DNA of 60,910 bases, counting the filler. It is 14 parts of 14 records of this genome, joined end to end, with 100 filler letters (N's around TTAATTAATTAA, not from the genome) between each part and the next. Parts side by side here need not be neighbours in the genome. Positions count along the whole stretch, not along the records: positions 1 to 5,738 come from SRR7504441_103082; positions 5,839 to 9,996 come from SRR7504441_103402; positions 10,097 to 14,028 come from SRR7504441_103410; 11 more parts are not named here. One strand, written 5' to 3'. The notes under the pieces are model-generated. The model had not been told where the DNA came from and did not search any database. It saw nothing but the letters and a program-made list of their open reading frames with translations. Position 1 is the stretch's first letter. Every line of letters starts with the position of its first letter. The position numbers were made by a program, and so were the translations under genes. Below are positions 1 through 11,403 of this stretch, one piece after another.

Positions 1-457
1 AGTGGCAGGAGCTCGCTGGCAGGCTCGGTATCGAGTTGCACAAGGTGGGGGGTATGCACAAGGTGGGGGGGCCATACACGCCGTGCAGCCACTGCGCCAA
101 AGTGGGGCGCTGCAAGGTGTGCATGGTGTTGGGAGTTCCCCACGCTGGGGATCTCTTGTGCATGCACGGGCGGTGAGCTGGCTGGCTGGCTCGCCACTGA
201 GCTGGGGGGGCAGGGATCGCGACATGTGCCACTGGTGCGGAGGAGCCGCGAAGCACATCTGCCACCATATCAACCGCTACGGGCATTATAGCCAACGGGC
301 CAGCTGTCCTATTTGCCGAGGTCGCCCTGGTGCTCGTCGTGTTTTAGACCTAGCTGCTATATCTGCTTATGTGGATAATCCCAGTTTGTTTAAGCTAGTG
401 ATAGATGGACAGGAAGTTAGCTTGTCGGATATGATCATCGATGATGAACAACTCTAG
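1..457 (+). CDS. 3' part of a Cys/His-repeat (putative zinc-binding) protein; one intron at 173-213
   Basis: Removing GT-AG intron 173-213 joins frame 3 to ORF 2..457: CSHC..CKVC..CMHGRDRDMCHWCGGAAKHICHH..RASCPIC. Confidence 0.6.
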   Translation, partial: VAGARWQARYRVAQGGGYAQGGGAIHAVQPLRQSGALQGVHGVGSSPRWGSLVHARAVSWLAGSPLSWGGRDRDMCHWCGGAAKHICHHINRYGHYSQRASCPICRGRPGARRVLDLAAISAYVDNPSLFKLVIDGQEVSLSDMIIDDEQL

Positions 458-785
458 ATGAATAGCCAATCAAATGAAATATTAGTACGTGCGTGGGCAC
501 TGACCTGGTCACTACTCAGTTCAATAGATTTACAATATCTAGAGTCTAGCTAGATTAATCGTACGAGTACGTACTCTGTTCAAAATGTTCAACACGGATG
601 GGCACTTTAGTTAAACAAAACAAATGCTCTAGCAGACGGGAACCCCATCACGGAGAGACAGGACTCTGGCAACGGACGTGGCATGGCTGTCCTCAGTGTG
701 GCGATCACAGAGGCCCCAGAGTAGCCGCTCTGAGCTACCGTGCCCGCTTGCCGGGATGCGCGGGACTGTGCGCTGACGGGTGGCG

Positions 786-2059
786 ATGAGCGCACTGGTC
801 AAGGTGCCCGGCCCCGGCCCGCCGGGGGCCGACAGCGCGATGTGCAGGTGGTGCTGGTCGGCTGCGTCGGGGTGGGCAAAAAGGCGCTGATGCGCGAGCT
901 GATGAAGCACTTTGCCGACGGCAACCCGGCCGATTTTGAGGACCCGGTCCGCCCGGTCCAGCGCTGGGCTGACGGCGGGCAGCTGATCGACCAGTTTGCG
1001 GTGATCAATGGCCAGCGCACGCTCATCACCTGCGACGACGTCTACGTCGAGGACGCCGGTGGGCGGCCCGGGCTGGCCGGCCTGACCATCTGCAGGTGAC
1101 GAGACCGACGACCCGAACGCCTCGCTGCTGTCCAAGCGGCAAGGGTCGAGTGGTGCGCTGCGGTACAGCGGTGGGCGCCGACCGGGCCCGGTCAGCTCGA
1201 TTCCTGCGGGGCGGCTCCAAGGCCCCGATCAAGAAGGTGGGCGGACCGAAGCTGCGGAAGAAGGACAGCGTGTTCGAGAAGGAGAAGCTTAAGAGCGGGC
1301 TGCAGAAGGTCGAGCGTGCCAGTGGCGGCAGGCCAGAGCGCAGGGCAGGCCGCCAGAAAGGGCGGGTCCAAAGGGGGGGCGGACGACCTGGCGCCCGAGT
1401 GCGCGGCCCGGTGTGCGCGGGGGCTGAGCGTGGGTGCCAGCTGTCCAGTGGGGTATATCGTGGTGTTTGATATCGGGAGCACGCAATCTTTCGAAGAGGC
1501 GAGTGGCTGCTGGGTCTTGGATTAAGTCTCGGGCAGGCCGAGCGGCAGCTCCAGGCCCGGCAGCCGGCGGTGCTGGTCGGGAACAAGACCGACAAGCGCC
1601 GGGCGTTGCGGCGAGTCACTTACGAGGAGGGTGCGGGGCTCCTGCCGATCGCCTGCTTACATGGGGTCAGGGCTGCGACTATCGCAGAGCGTCAAAGCAG
1701 AAGTGCCTTATATAGAGACCTCGGCCAAGTTGTATCAGAAAGTGGACCAGGTGCCTGCCCGCCCCCGGTGTCTTTGACGGCCGTCGAAAGGTGTTTATTC
1801 AAATAGTGAAGAAGCTTCAGGCTGCAATGATAAGCGATCCTCGAGGGTACAAACCTGGCTGGCCTGTGCTGAGTGGAAGCGCAGTGTAAGGGGATCGGCG
1901 GGGGAGGGCGGGGAGGACGACGGGGGCGACTCGATGGATCCAGTCGATCCAGTTACTGGCGAAACCCGTCGATGCAATTTGTGTACCAAGCACTGCAAGT
2001 GCTGTCCACGATCTTGCTACAACTGCTTGAAAAAGTGTGACAACTGTACAATTATGTAA
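786..2059 (+). CDS. Atypical Ras-family small GTPase with CaaX box; 9 short introns
   Basis: Spliced product: KVVLVGCVGVGKKAL (G1), GYIVVFDIGSTQSFEE, VLVGNKTD (G4), YIETSAK (G5), C-terminal CTIM*; GC-AG intron at 1499-1536. Confidence 0.85.
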
Positions 2060-2372
2060 ATAATCTTTAGTATAGACTCTAATCATTGAAAGGAGTAAGT
2101 TTTCTACGAGAGATCTGCATAATAATGCTACAATACATATGAAACACAATATCCTGAAATATCCTGAAAAGAGACAAAGTAAACAAAGGATAAACAAAGG
2201 AGACGATCGCGAGGAGAGCTCTAGGCCTAGGTAGGCGAAGCAGAGAGGAAGCAGAGGGCTCTTGAGACGGAGGATAATTATTATACCGGTAGCTAGGTAT
2301 CAGCTTTTTGAGTACGCAACATTAGTTACTCGTAGCTAGCCACGCTGACGTCGCTGAGGACTTTCATCTTCA

Positions 2373-5300
2373 TCATCGTCGTTGGCCCGAGGAGGGTGAC
2401 CAGAGACCCCGCGGGCTCTTGTAGTCCGAAAAGTCCTCATCATCATCGTCTGACACACGATCCACTACATGTATGCCGCTCACTTCAGGGTTAGGACTGG
2501 GACTGCTGGCGTTGCTCTCTACAGGATAGGGCTCATCGGCCTGGTTCTGCTCGTCCTCCGGCAGAGCCATGAATGCTTGATACTCCACGCTTGTACCAAT
2601 CTCGCCCTCCTCATCGCCAGGGTTGCCATCGGCCTTCACCTCGTCCACTATTGTGATGATCATTTCCTCGCTTTCCCGCAGTGCCCGCGACATCTCCTCT
2701 TCCGTGACGGCTTGGTTCACACTCAACACCTGTCAGCCGCTCTCAGTCATGCGCACTGAGGCTGTCCAGATACCCGATCCCCGACCTGAATTTCACTGCT
2801 TGCTGCCACCCCACCAGAGAAGATGGCGTCCACCACCAAGTGCCCCTCCTTAGACCGACCCAGGCTAAGCCCGACCACGCGATTGGCTTCAGTCTTTCTG
2901 AGTGTTACCCGTCGGCACCGACTATCGCTCCGCGGGCGAGTGACGTCGAACTGTACGAGCCAGCGGAGGTGATCCGCCGTCGACTCGGCCTCGGCCTCGA
3001 TCTTGCCCGCAGTCGCCACCGCCTCGATATTCTTGAACTCGTGCTCATTGATCTCCCCTGCCCCGAGCTTTCGCTGCGCTGCACTCAGGGCGACTGCAGC
3101 CATCACGTGATCTTCGTTGTCGACGTGCAGCACCCCTGCGCTCATCTTTTCGCGCCAACGACTGCCCTTCTTGCCAGCCTCGAGCATCTGACCGTGCATC
3201 TCAACACAAAGGCAGCCGGCTTAGCACCTTGATTCGATACTCGGCCAGCTCTCGCTGAACGCTCCCATCAGCATGCCTAGCTGCCGATCGCGCGGCTCGG
3301 ATGTACTCTGTATGTGTATCGAACGTCTCTACAAGATAGGCCCTTTGCTGCTCGGGCGTCATCGTAACTATTTGGGGCACCATCTCAGGTCTGTGCGACT
3401 GCATCCACCTGCATCACCAACAGTGACCGAGCCTGACCAACCAGCAGCTCACGCGGTGAGTTCCGCCGCCGCTTCGCCGTCCGAGAGAGCAGCTACTAAG
3501 TCGCGCGATCTGGCAGAACTTGGCGGCGATTGGGCCGACAGATTCAGGCTTCTATCAGGCTGCTCGAGTGAGAGCTTCAAGGACTGGCACCAGCCTGCTC
3601 AGTGGCGCCATGCCGTTTGAGCACCTTGCTGATGTCATCCTTGACCCTTTGGCACTCCTGAATCTGCTGGGCCTCCTCGTGCAGAAAATCAGTCAAGTAG
3701 GCCTGCACCCCCGCCTCGCCGTCATCACCCGAGCGGCCTACCCGGCGCGTCTTTGTGTCGAGTTTGTCAATCTCTGTGATCATCTCAGGATTGTGTTTCT
3801 CCATCCACCTACCGCCGCAATCGCCCCAGCCGGTCCACCCAGCACTCACAAGGCGAGTTCCTCCACCACTTCCGCATCAGTGAGCGCCGCCACCAGCAGC
3901 TCCTCCGGCCGCGTCCCAGCAGAGCCGTACCAGGTCCTCATCTCAGACGCCAGGCTCTCCCTCGCCTCCAGATGTGGCGACTCGCTGTCTGTCGAAATAT
4001 CTGTCGAGACCGGCGTGTCCTCCCACGGCGTCTCTTCCCTCCTCCCCGGGGAGTCTGTCCTCACTGCTAACTGCTCGCGAAGCTTCTGGAGCTCCAGGTC
4101 CTTGGCCTCAGCTTCACGCACCTTGGCCGCTAGCTCGGCCTTGGTCTGCTCAAGCTCGGCGTCCTTCTGGCGCTTCTCAGCCTCCTGCTCCCTGAGCCGG
4201 CTCAGCTCCTCCGCCTTGACCTGTAGCTCGGCCTCCGTCTCAGCCTCGGTTATCATCAGCTTCTGCACCTTATCCTGCAGCTCTGCCTCGTTACTCTGGT
4301 GCTCCTGCAAATACAGCTCACAGACACCCAACACGCGGCTGTCACCTGCACCAGCGCACGCAGCGCGGCCAGTTCTGAGTGGTCCGGATTCGCGCCCACA
4401 ACGTCCTCGTCTACTGCCAGCTTCCCGGCCGCCTCCACCTCGGCTGCCCACTGCTCAAGCTCCGAGTACACCTCCTGTATCCTCGGCTGCGAGTTGGCAT
4501 GCCGCGCCGCCAACTGGGCCCTCAGCTGCATCACCGCTTCCACCCTCCGCTCGGCCTCCTCCACGTTCTCCAGCACCTCCGGTGACAGACCAAGCGCCTC
4601 ATCCGCCGACCGGCTCCGGAGAAGTCTATTTAGCGATGACGAGCTCGCCGACCCAGTCGGTGTTCGTGCCAAGTGATCTAGTCGGTCATCCAGCGAGCCG
4701 ATCTCGGCCGCGCCGGGGCTAGGGGCCCGTTTGGGACTCGGCTCGTCGTCGGTGTCTGCGACTTGGGTCTCCTGGCCTTGGCTGGTCTGTGCAGCGGTCG
4801 GCGACATCGACATCGACGGTGATTGTGACTCTGGCTCGAGACACCCGTACCCCTGCACCAAGCAGCTCAGGGCTGGCCGGTGGGGCGGGCGCCTGCTCAT
4901 TGGCCAGCACCGCCGGCAGCTGTTTTAGGAAGGCGCTGATGAATGGGAGCTGGCAAATTGCACTCATGGTCGGCCGGTTGGCAGGGTCCTTCTGGAGCAT
5001 ATCGTGGACTAGAGTGATCAGTTCAGAACCCCAGAGCTCGGGCACCGCGGGGTAGTCGTGCTGAGCCCAGATCCAGTCAGCCACACCGGCCGGGCTGTCC
5101 TGAGGCACCTGCACGATCTGGAGCACCACCGCATGCAGATTCTTCCCATTGAATGGCCTTTGCAGAGTCATCATCTCGTACAGCAAACACCCCAGCGCCC
5201 AGCAGTCGCTCTTCTGGTCGTACGGTTGCCCCAGACACAGCTCGGGCGACAAGTAGTACGGGGTACCACACGCCTATAGGGTTGCTCAGGCTGCACGAGC

Positions 5301-5738
5301 GGGCGCCAGACCGTCTGGGCGAGCTGGGACTCACTCGAGAGCGTACGGGCCAGCCCGAAGTCGCCGAGCTTGAGCCAGAGCTGCCCGACCAGGAAAACGT
5401 TGGCCGGCTTGATGTCCCTGTGCAGGATCCTGTGGCTGTGCAGATAGTCAAGCGCCAGCACAAGCTGCGTCAGCCATGTCAACACCTCCTGCGCACCAGT
5501 CCGCCACCGGCCGGCTGGGCTGCCAGCACCTGCTTTGAGAACTGGACGAAATCCTCCTTCTGCTTGGCCTTGAAGACGTCCTCCAGAGTCCCCCCGTCCG
5601 CGAAGTCCATCAATAGGTGCAGGCAGTTGCTGTGCATGAAACTCCCGTAGTACCCGATGATGTGAGGGTGCTCCTGCCGGCACAGATCACCGGCCAGGCC
5701 TGACAGCCGGCACCAGCCGTGTCAGGATCTTCACTTCA
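2373..5738 (-). CDS. NIMA-related (NEK) Ser/Thr kinase with coiled-coil region and PDZ-like segment; multi-intron, 5' truncated
   Basis: [52 protein letters not shown]; coiled coil about 3850-4500; [23 protein letters not shown]. Joining of the 3' exons is inferred. Confidence 0.85.
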
Positions 5739-5838
5739 NNNNNNNNNNNNNNNNNNNNNNNNNNNNNNNNNNNNNNNNNNNNTTAATTAATTAANNNNNN
5801 NNNNNNNNNNNNNNNNNNNNNNNNNNNNNNNNNNNNNN
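5739..5838. other. Artificial contig spacer N44-TTAATTAATTAA-N44, first of 13. Others start at 9997, 14029, 19454, 22990, 28366, 31560, 35148, 38760, 42310, 46968, 50418 and 54807; each is 100 bp
   Basis: Identical 100-bp structure with stops in all six frames; genes are truncated at the spacers. Confidence 0.99.
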
Positions 5839-6131
5839 AAATTAATAAATCAGGTACGAGAATAGGCAATGGCCGTACAGGATTGATCGTTTTCGTGTAA
5901 GTTTTAGATAGAATAATAGGCTTGATCACCACAAAGCGTCAACTAATGCAGCAAGCCACGTATCCATAGAGTGCCATTCAGACATGAATCAACTAGCTCG
6001 AACAATACCCACGCAGTACCGCACTAGACTCTGCAAGCGCATCCAGCTGCCGACCGAAAAAGATGCCCAGCTCAGAATCCGAAGACGACAAAGACGAGCA
6101 AAACCAGCTCACAACACCATCAACCAAGCCA

Positions 6132-7680
6132 TCAACACGTGGCAGCCGGTGGCAAAGAAGACCCCTTGAGAATTGCCTCCATCTCACGCTCGTGCTGCTC
6201 CCGCTGCACCTTCCTAATCAGGCGACTGCATAGCTTAACATTTCTCCTAATAAGGGAATTACCTGCGCCGCCAGCGTGCTCCGCAATGACTCACCGCTGC
6301 CAGCCGGATGCTCATCCGCCACACTCTGCACACGGCTCAGCCAGCCCCGAGCCGCCTGGCCACCTTGGGCGAGGGGTTGTCTGTGGTGTGCAGCTCAGCC
6401 GCCTTTGTAATGGCTGCTGCCAAGTCACTTTCTGAGCTCTTGCCGCCCTGCTTTGCAAAGAACGACGATCGTTCAGCAGTTGGCGGGTGGACTATAGTGT
6501 CGACCCTGCCATCTCCCACAGTATCGATCGCCACGGCGTCCGCCTTCCCGTCCCCGGTGGTATCGATTGGAAGTCCGATGGTCACGCTGTCGTCTCTAGC
6601 CGCCTCCTCCGCCTTCTTCATTGCAGCAAAGAAGCCTTCCGCTTCCTTGGCAACCGCATCGGCCGCCGCCGAGGTGGGCGAGAGCGGTGCGGCCTCGGCA
6701 GGCTGTGCGGCCGGCTCTGGGGGGACTGCTTCGGGCTGCTTGCCCATCTCTGGGAGAGTGGTTTGCTGCATCAACTGCCTCTCTGCTATGATCCTCTCCT
6801 GCTTGGTCATAGGCTTTCCGAGCTGGCCCGACGCGTGGTCCATTTTGGGCTTGGCGAAGAACGCTGAACGCTCCGCCGCAGGGGCCGCCGGGGCTACCGG
6901 GGCCGGCTTGGGAGCGAAGAATCCCGACTGCGCAGATGCCGCGGCTGGGGGGGCGGATGGCTGCGCTGTGCCGGTGCTACCGGCTGTCGATAGAGCGGAG
7001 ATCAGGGCGGAGGCGGAGGCCGGGGATGGGCGCGTGGCCATCCGGGCTGCGGCGGCCGTGGCAGGCCCGGCGTCGAGGAGCGGGCCACCAGCTTGCACTG
7101 CTGCCATCCTCTCCTGCCTCCGCTGCAACATCTCGCGCATCTGCTGGGCTGTCTCCAGCTTGCTGTTGGCCTCGCGCGGCGAGGCGATCCGGGAGGACAC
7201 CCGGCTGGCCTCCCGAGTGCGCGGGGGCGAGTTGGCCCGAATGTGAGCAATAAGTCGTCCGTCCACCCTCTGCGCCAGCGAGGAGTGAAGCGCGTCAAGC
7301 CGCTTCATCAGAGCGTCGAGTTTGGCCGACATCCCCGGGTTGGACTTGATCTTGGCCGCCTCCACCTTGGCCACGAGCCCCGCCTTGGCCTGCACTTCGG
7401 AGAGGAGCCTGTCGACGGGATTTGGCTCCTCCGGCTGCACGTATCCCGCAACCATATCCGTCTCGTCCTCGGTCAGTCGGTAACGGCCTGGTGACGGGCT
7501 CCGGGACCGGCTCAGCTCGGCCTGGAGGCCCTCGTTCTCGACCCGCAGCTTGGTGAGCTCCTCAGATAGCAGTTTGAGCCGTGCGGTGGCCTCGGTGGGC
7601 TTGCGGACCTCCCGGAGCCGACGGGCGCGGGAGGGCGGCTCCACTCGCCGATCGAAGAACTTGCCGCCAGAGTGCTGCAT
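6132..7680 (-). CDS. Uncharacterised coiled-coil/low-complexity protein with DxxGDG repeats
   Basis: 447-aa ORF 6337..7680 plus probable short 3' exons; DTTGDGKAD..DTVGDGRVD; the 3' end is uncertain. Confidence 0.6.
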
Positions 7681-7908
7681 CTCCGCCGAGAGTGCCGGGT
7701 CGCGCGCTCTGCAAGTGCTGCAAGAGGGCCGCCTCTGTTGTAGCTCACAGCACTAACGCCATTCTGCAACAGTTGTCCAACGGATTTGGATTGGCTGTTC
7801 TCGAGCTGTTCAAAGGCAGAAGGGACAGCGCTCTTGTCTGCCTGTGCCAGGGGCTCGACTGTCGCCACCACCCTCCGGACCAAATCGATCCGATCTGTCA
7901 CCAGCAGC

Positions 7909-9364
7909 ATGTCCAGGGCGCTGGGCCTGCTGCTGCTCGGGGCACTCAGTGCCGCCGCCGAGCCCGGCCGGTGCACCACGAGCTGGGCCGGGACCGCCTG
8001 TGAGTTCGAGACGGCGCTCATCTCAGGCCGCCCCGTCTACTACCAGACTCCACCCGGCGCCCCGCCAAGGGCCGGCTGGCCGGTGGCGTTCAACTTCCAC
8101 GGCTGGTCCCCCCCTGCCCCTTGCCCCGGGCCTGATCGCCGGCTCAGGTACTTGGACGGCCTTTCAGCATTTGAATCCTTCACGGCGGCCGAGTACGGAC
8201 TGCACTACAAGACGCTGACGACCAAGCGACTACTCGAGAGCGGGTTCGCGGTGAGCTGATTAGACGATCGGCCGCCGAGCTGATCGGCAGGTTGTGGCGC
8301 CGTCGGCTGCCGAGGAGTACCAGGATGCCTGGCAGACCAACATGCCCCCTTACAGCACGGACCTCGCGGCCTGGGCCGGCTCTGCCGACGCGGCGTACCT
8401 CAGCCAGATATTCTCGGCCATGCGGGCTGGGCTGCTCGGAGAAGGGTGCTGCGACATGGCTGATATGCATGCGGTGCTGCCTGGCCCGATTAGGCAATGA
8501 TGGGACGTCACAGGTGGGCTTCTCGTCGGGAGGGTATATGACGTCCAGGATGGCGTTCTCCTACCAAGGAATGTTCAGGTGCCATCCGCTCAAGCGCGGC
8601 CCGACCGCCAGGCTAGGTCGCTCAGCATAGAGTCTGCCTCGTACTACTTCTGTGGCGGTTCGGACTGCCCTGAGCCCGCAGAGCAGGACGTGCCTGGGCT
8701 GCGCAACCACCCACCAACACTCTTCATGCACGGCACCTCCGACCCGATTGTGCCTTCCGACACCTCCCAGAGCTACTACGCCAACCTGCTCCGGTACGGC
8801 GCGATTGCAGAGCGACACACTCAGAAAGGCGCTGGGCACCAGTGGATCGCGCAGGCGCCCGATTTAGTGACTAACTGGGTCATCTCCCACTCAAAGCGGC
8901 CGCGCCCCTTGGTGCCGCCCCCGCCGTTGCTGCCGCCGGAGCCGCTGCCGCCTCGAGACGCCTGGCGGTTCAAGCTGAAAGACAGTCACGGGCAGTGTCT
9001 GCAAATCGTGCCCGGGGGCCTGCTCCGAGTGCTGCCATGCCCCCAGACAAGCTCTACATGGGTACAGTGGGAGAGCGGCGCGATCGCAAGCGCCAACAAC
9101 ACCGGGATGTGCCTGAGCACGCCCGAACCACGGTGCCGTGCAGGGGCTGCCGTGGCGCTCGGTCGATGTTTTGGTAAGAGGAGCGGATATGTTCGATTGC
9201 AGCCGGCCAAGAATCGGCAGATCGAGCCCAGAGGGTCTTTAGTCCCAAACCGGTGTGCGGGCAAGTGCATCAACCAGAGCGCCACTGATGGGCGGGCGGT
9301 GCTAGCTGATTGTGCACCGTCTGATGTTCACTGGATGTTTGCGTCCCCGATGCCGGCAGTCTGA
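7909..9364 (+). CDS. Secreted alpha/beta-hydrolase (esterase/PHB-depolymerase-like) with C-terminal ricin-B-like domain; about 4 introns
   Basis: Signal peptide MSRALGLLLLGALSA; FHG, GFSSGG nucleophile elbow, HGTSDPIV (Asp), GAGHQW (His); Pro linker then GQCL/GMCL/GKCI repeats. Confidence 0.75.
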
Positions 9365-9587
9365 GGGCTGCACTAGTCAGTAACTGGTGACCAGTGTTCG
9401 TCAACTATACCATTGTTTGTCTACGTACCACTGTCCTAGTGCTGAGTGCTCACACAATCATGAACTAAACCATTTTACGTAATATTCAATATTTCAGAGG
9501 CGTAGTATCGCTCACTAAATGCTCTATAGATCTCCAATAGCCCGGCTATTGTACACTGATGTATTAAATTAGCTATTGTGAAGTATG

Positions 9588-9996
9588 CTAATTGAGCTCG
9601 GTATAGATACCATTGTAGGTTACTTCTCGAGGGGCATGGCTAGACCTGAAGCTTATGACTTGCTGGACCAGGCCGGACTCGGCTGTACTTGACGAGAAAA
9701 GTCCTCTCCGATTCAAGAAACGCCGCCCGAATCCAACTAGCAACAACAGTGGAGGAGCCAGCAAGCATAGGAGCAGCACGATCGGCCCGACTCCAAACTC
9801 TAGATCAACCATCACGAACACAGCCATCCCCGTCGCCAGTACAAGGCACATGGCTTTGAACATCCGAACAGGCACAAACACCAGCGCGCCGCTGGCCAGG
9901 CGCTCACCAAAGCTCCTCTTATCGTGAGCATCACACCAGCAGAGCGCGCAGAGCTGAAGCCACATGCCCACAGGTGCCAGCAGCAGCAGCATGGGT
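9588..9996 (-). CDS. 3' end of a multi-pass membrane protein
   Basis: Several hydrophobic segments; ORF is open at the contig edge. Confidence 0.5.
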
Positions 9997-10403
9997 NNNN
10001 NNNNNNNNNNNNNNNNNNNNNNNNNNNNNNNNNNNNNNNNTTAATTAATTAANNNNNNNNNNNNNNNNNNNNNNNNNNNNNNNNNNNNNNNNNNNNGCTA
10101 ACCCTAACTGTAACACTTTGTGCGATCTGGCCGAAAAATGGAACCTCATTGCGGACGTGGGTCCGGGCTGACGCCCGACGCGGCCCCCGGCCGCGTAAAT
10201 TATTCAAAAATGCATGTAGGTTTAAGAGCTCTAGGAATTCATGGCGGACGTAGCGCTCGCAGCGTCGCACCTCCGGCGCTCCTCGTGCGCTTTGTAGCTT
10301 TGGGGCCGCGTGTTGAAGACTGATCTGCGAGTAGAAGGTTGACTTTTAAACAAATACAATGCAGTTCCCACGCGGCCGACAGTCGTCGCACCAGAGTGGC
10401 GAT

Positions 10404-11279
10404 TTACGAAGCAGAATTTTGCAACGCAGTTGAGGGTTTGAGCTCAAGCCGTAGAACTTCTGCAGTGAATCCCGCATGCTTCTGTAGCTCTTTGAATGGT
10501 TTAGTCAGCTGGATCCGCATGGATGACATGGTTCCCTTAGTCGCATCAGCCCCATCACTAGATGTCTGACTAGTGTTCGTCTCAAGGTCGGGTAGAGCCA
10601 CGCAAACTATCAACTCTTCTTCTGGATTGTATTTCTCTAGTGCAGTGGACAGGTATTCCTTCATCTGCGATGAGCCCTGATGCTGCGCATAAAACCCAGC
10701 GGCAGCGTCTATGTCGATGTACTTCAGTGTGGCCCACGGTTTAGCATCAGGTGCCGGGGCCTGAATCTCAGCAATCGCATGGCTGGTGCGCATCAGAACA
10801 AACCCTTTACTGTTGCGGTGCTGCTCATACTTTTTTACCGCGAAAGGCGCCAGGACGCTGGGGACCAGTTGCTGTAGCAGCCCCTGCAGTGCAGGCGGGG
10901 CTGTGCCAGGCTGCTGGCCAGCCGTCATCGACTGCGGGACGTACGGCTTGGTCTGGAGAGTCGGAGGGCCAGCTCTCTCTGCCTCTCGCTCCCAGTCCAC
11001 CTTGTCCCACCGGTCGTAGTCGAGCTGCGTCTTCAACGGCTCTTTGGCCGGTTGCTTGGGCCGCTTAGGGTGGTGCGTCACCAGGTCTGGGCGCCGTGCA
11101 ACCGGGGCGGCCGGTGGGTGGGCGCGGGGGGTGGGCCTGTGCTCAGTCAGTGCAATCTGGAGGCTCAGCAGCAGGGCTGCTCCAGCCAGGACTGCTCCAG
11201 CTGTTGCCAGGCTGGTAACAGCGGCCAGCGCAGCCAGCAGCACAGCCCCCACCGCCAAGTCCGGCTGCCAGTCCCCCAT
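10404..11279 (-). CDS. Uncharacterised protein with N-terminal transmembrane segments
   Basis: Likely start MGDWQP at 11279; hydrophobic N-terminus; LDYDRWDKV motif; globular C-terminus (YNPEEELIVCV). Confidence 0.6.
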   Translation of the reverse strand: MGDWQPDLAVGAVLLAALAAVTSLATAGAVLAGAALLLSLQIALTEHRPTPRAHPPAAPVARRPDLVTHHPKRPKQPAKEPLKTQLDYDRWDKVDWEREAERAGPPTLQTKPYVPQSMTAGQQPGTAPPALQGLLQQLVPSVLAPFAVKKYEQHRNSKGFVLMRTSHAIAEIQAPAPDAKPWATLKYIDIDAAAGFYAQHQGSSQMKEYLSTALEKYNPEEELIVCVALPDLETNTSQTSSDGADATKGTMSSMRIQLTKPFKELQKHAGFTAEVLRLELKPSTALQNSAS

Positions 11280-11403
11280 GGCCAGTCGCGCCACCCCCCT
11301 TTGTCGTGGTGGAGTCGGCCCCGATTTTTTCCTGATCTCCTCTATTTTTATAGGTCTCGCGCCGATGCTGGACCGGACAGCCGCCGGCTGAGACGCGGCA
11401 GCG

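Noticed and set aside
7908-7911. Two divergent start codons overlapping in one CATG
   Set aside because: The minus-strand ORF 7512..8021 does not link convincingly to the 447-aa ORF; 7681-7908 has a CCAAT-like element and is more likely the promoter
10097-10108. CTAACCCTAAC as a telomere
   Set aside because: Fewer than two full repeat units
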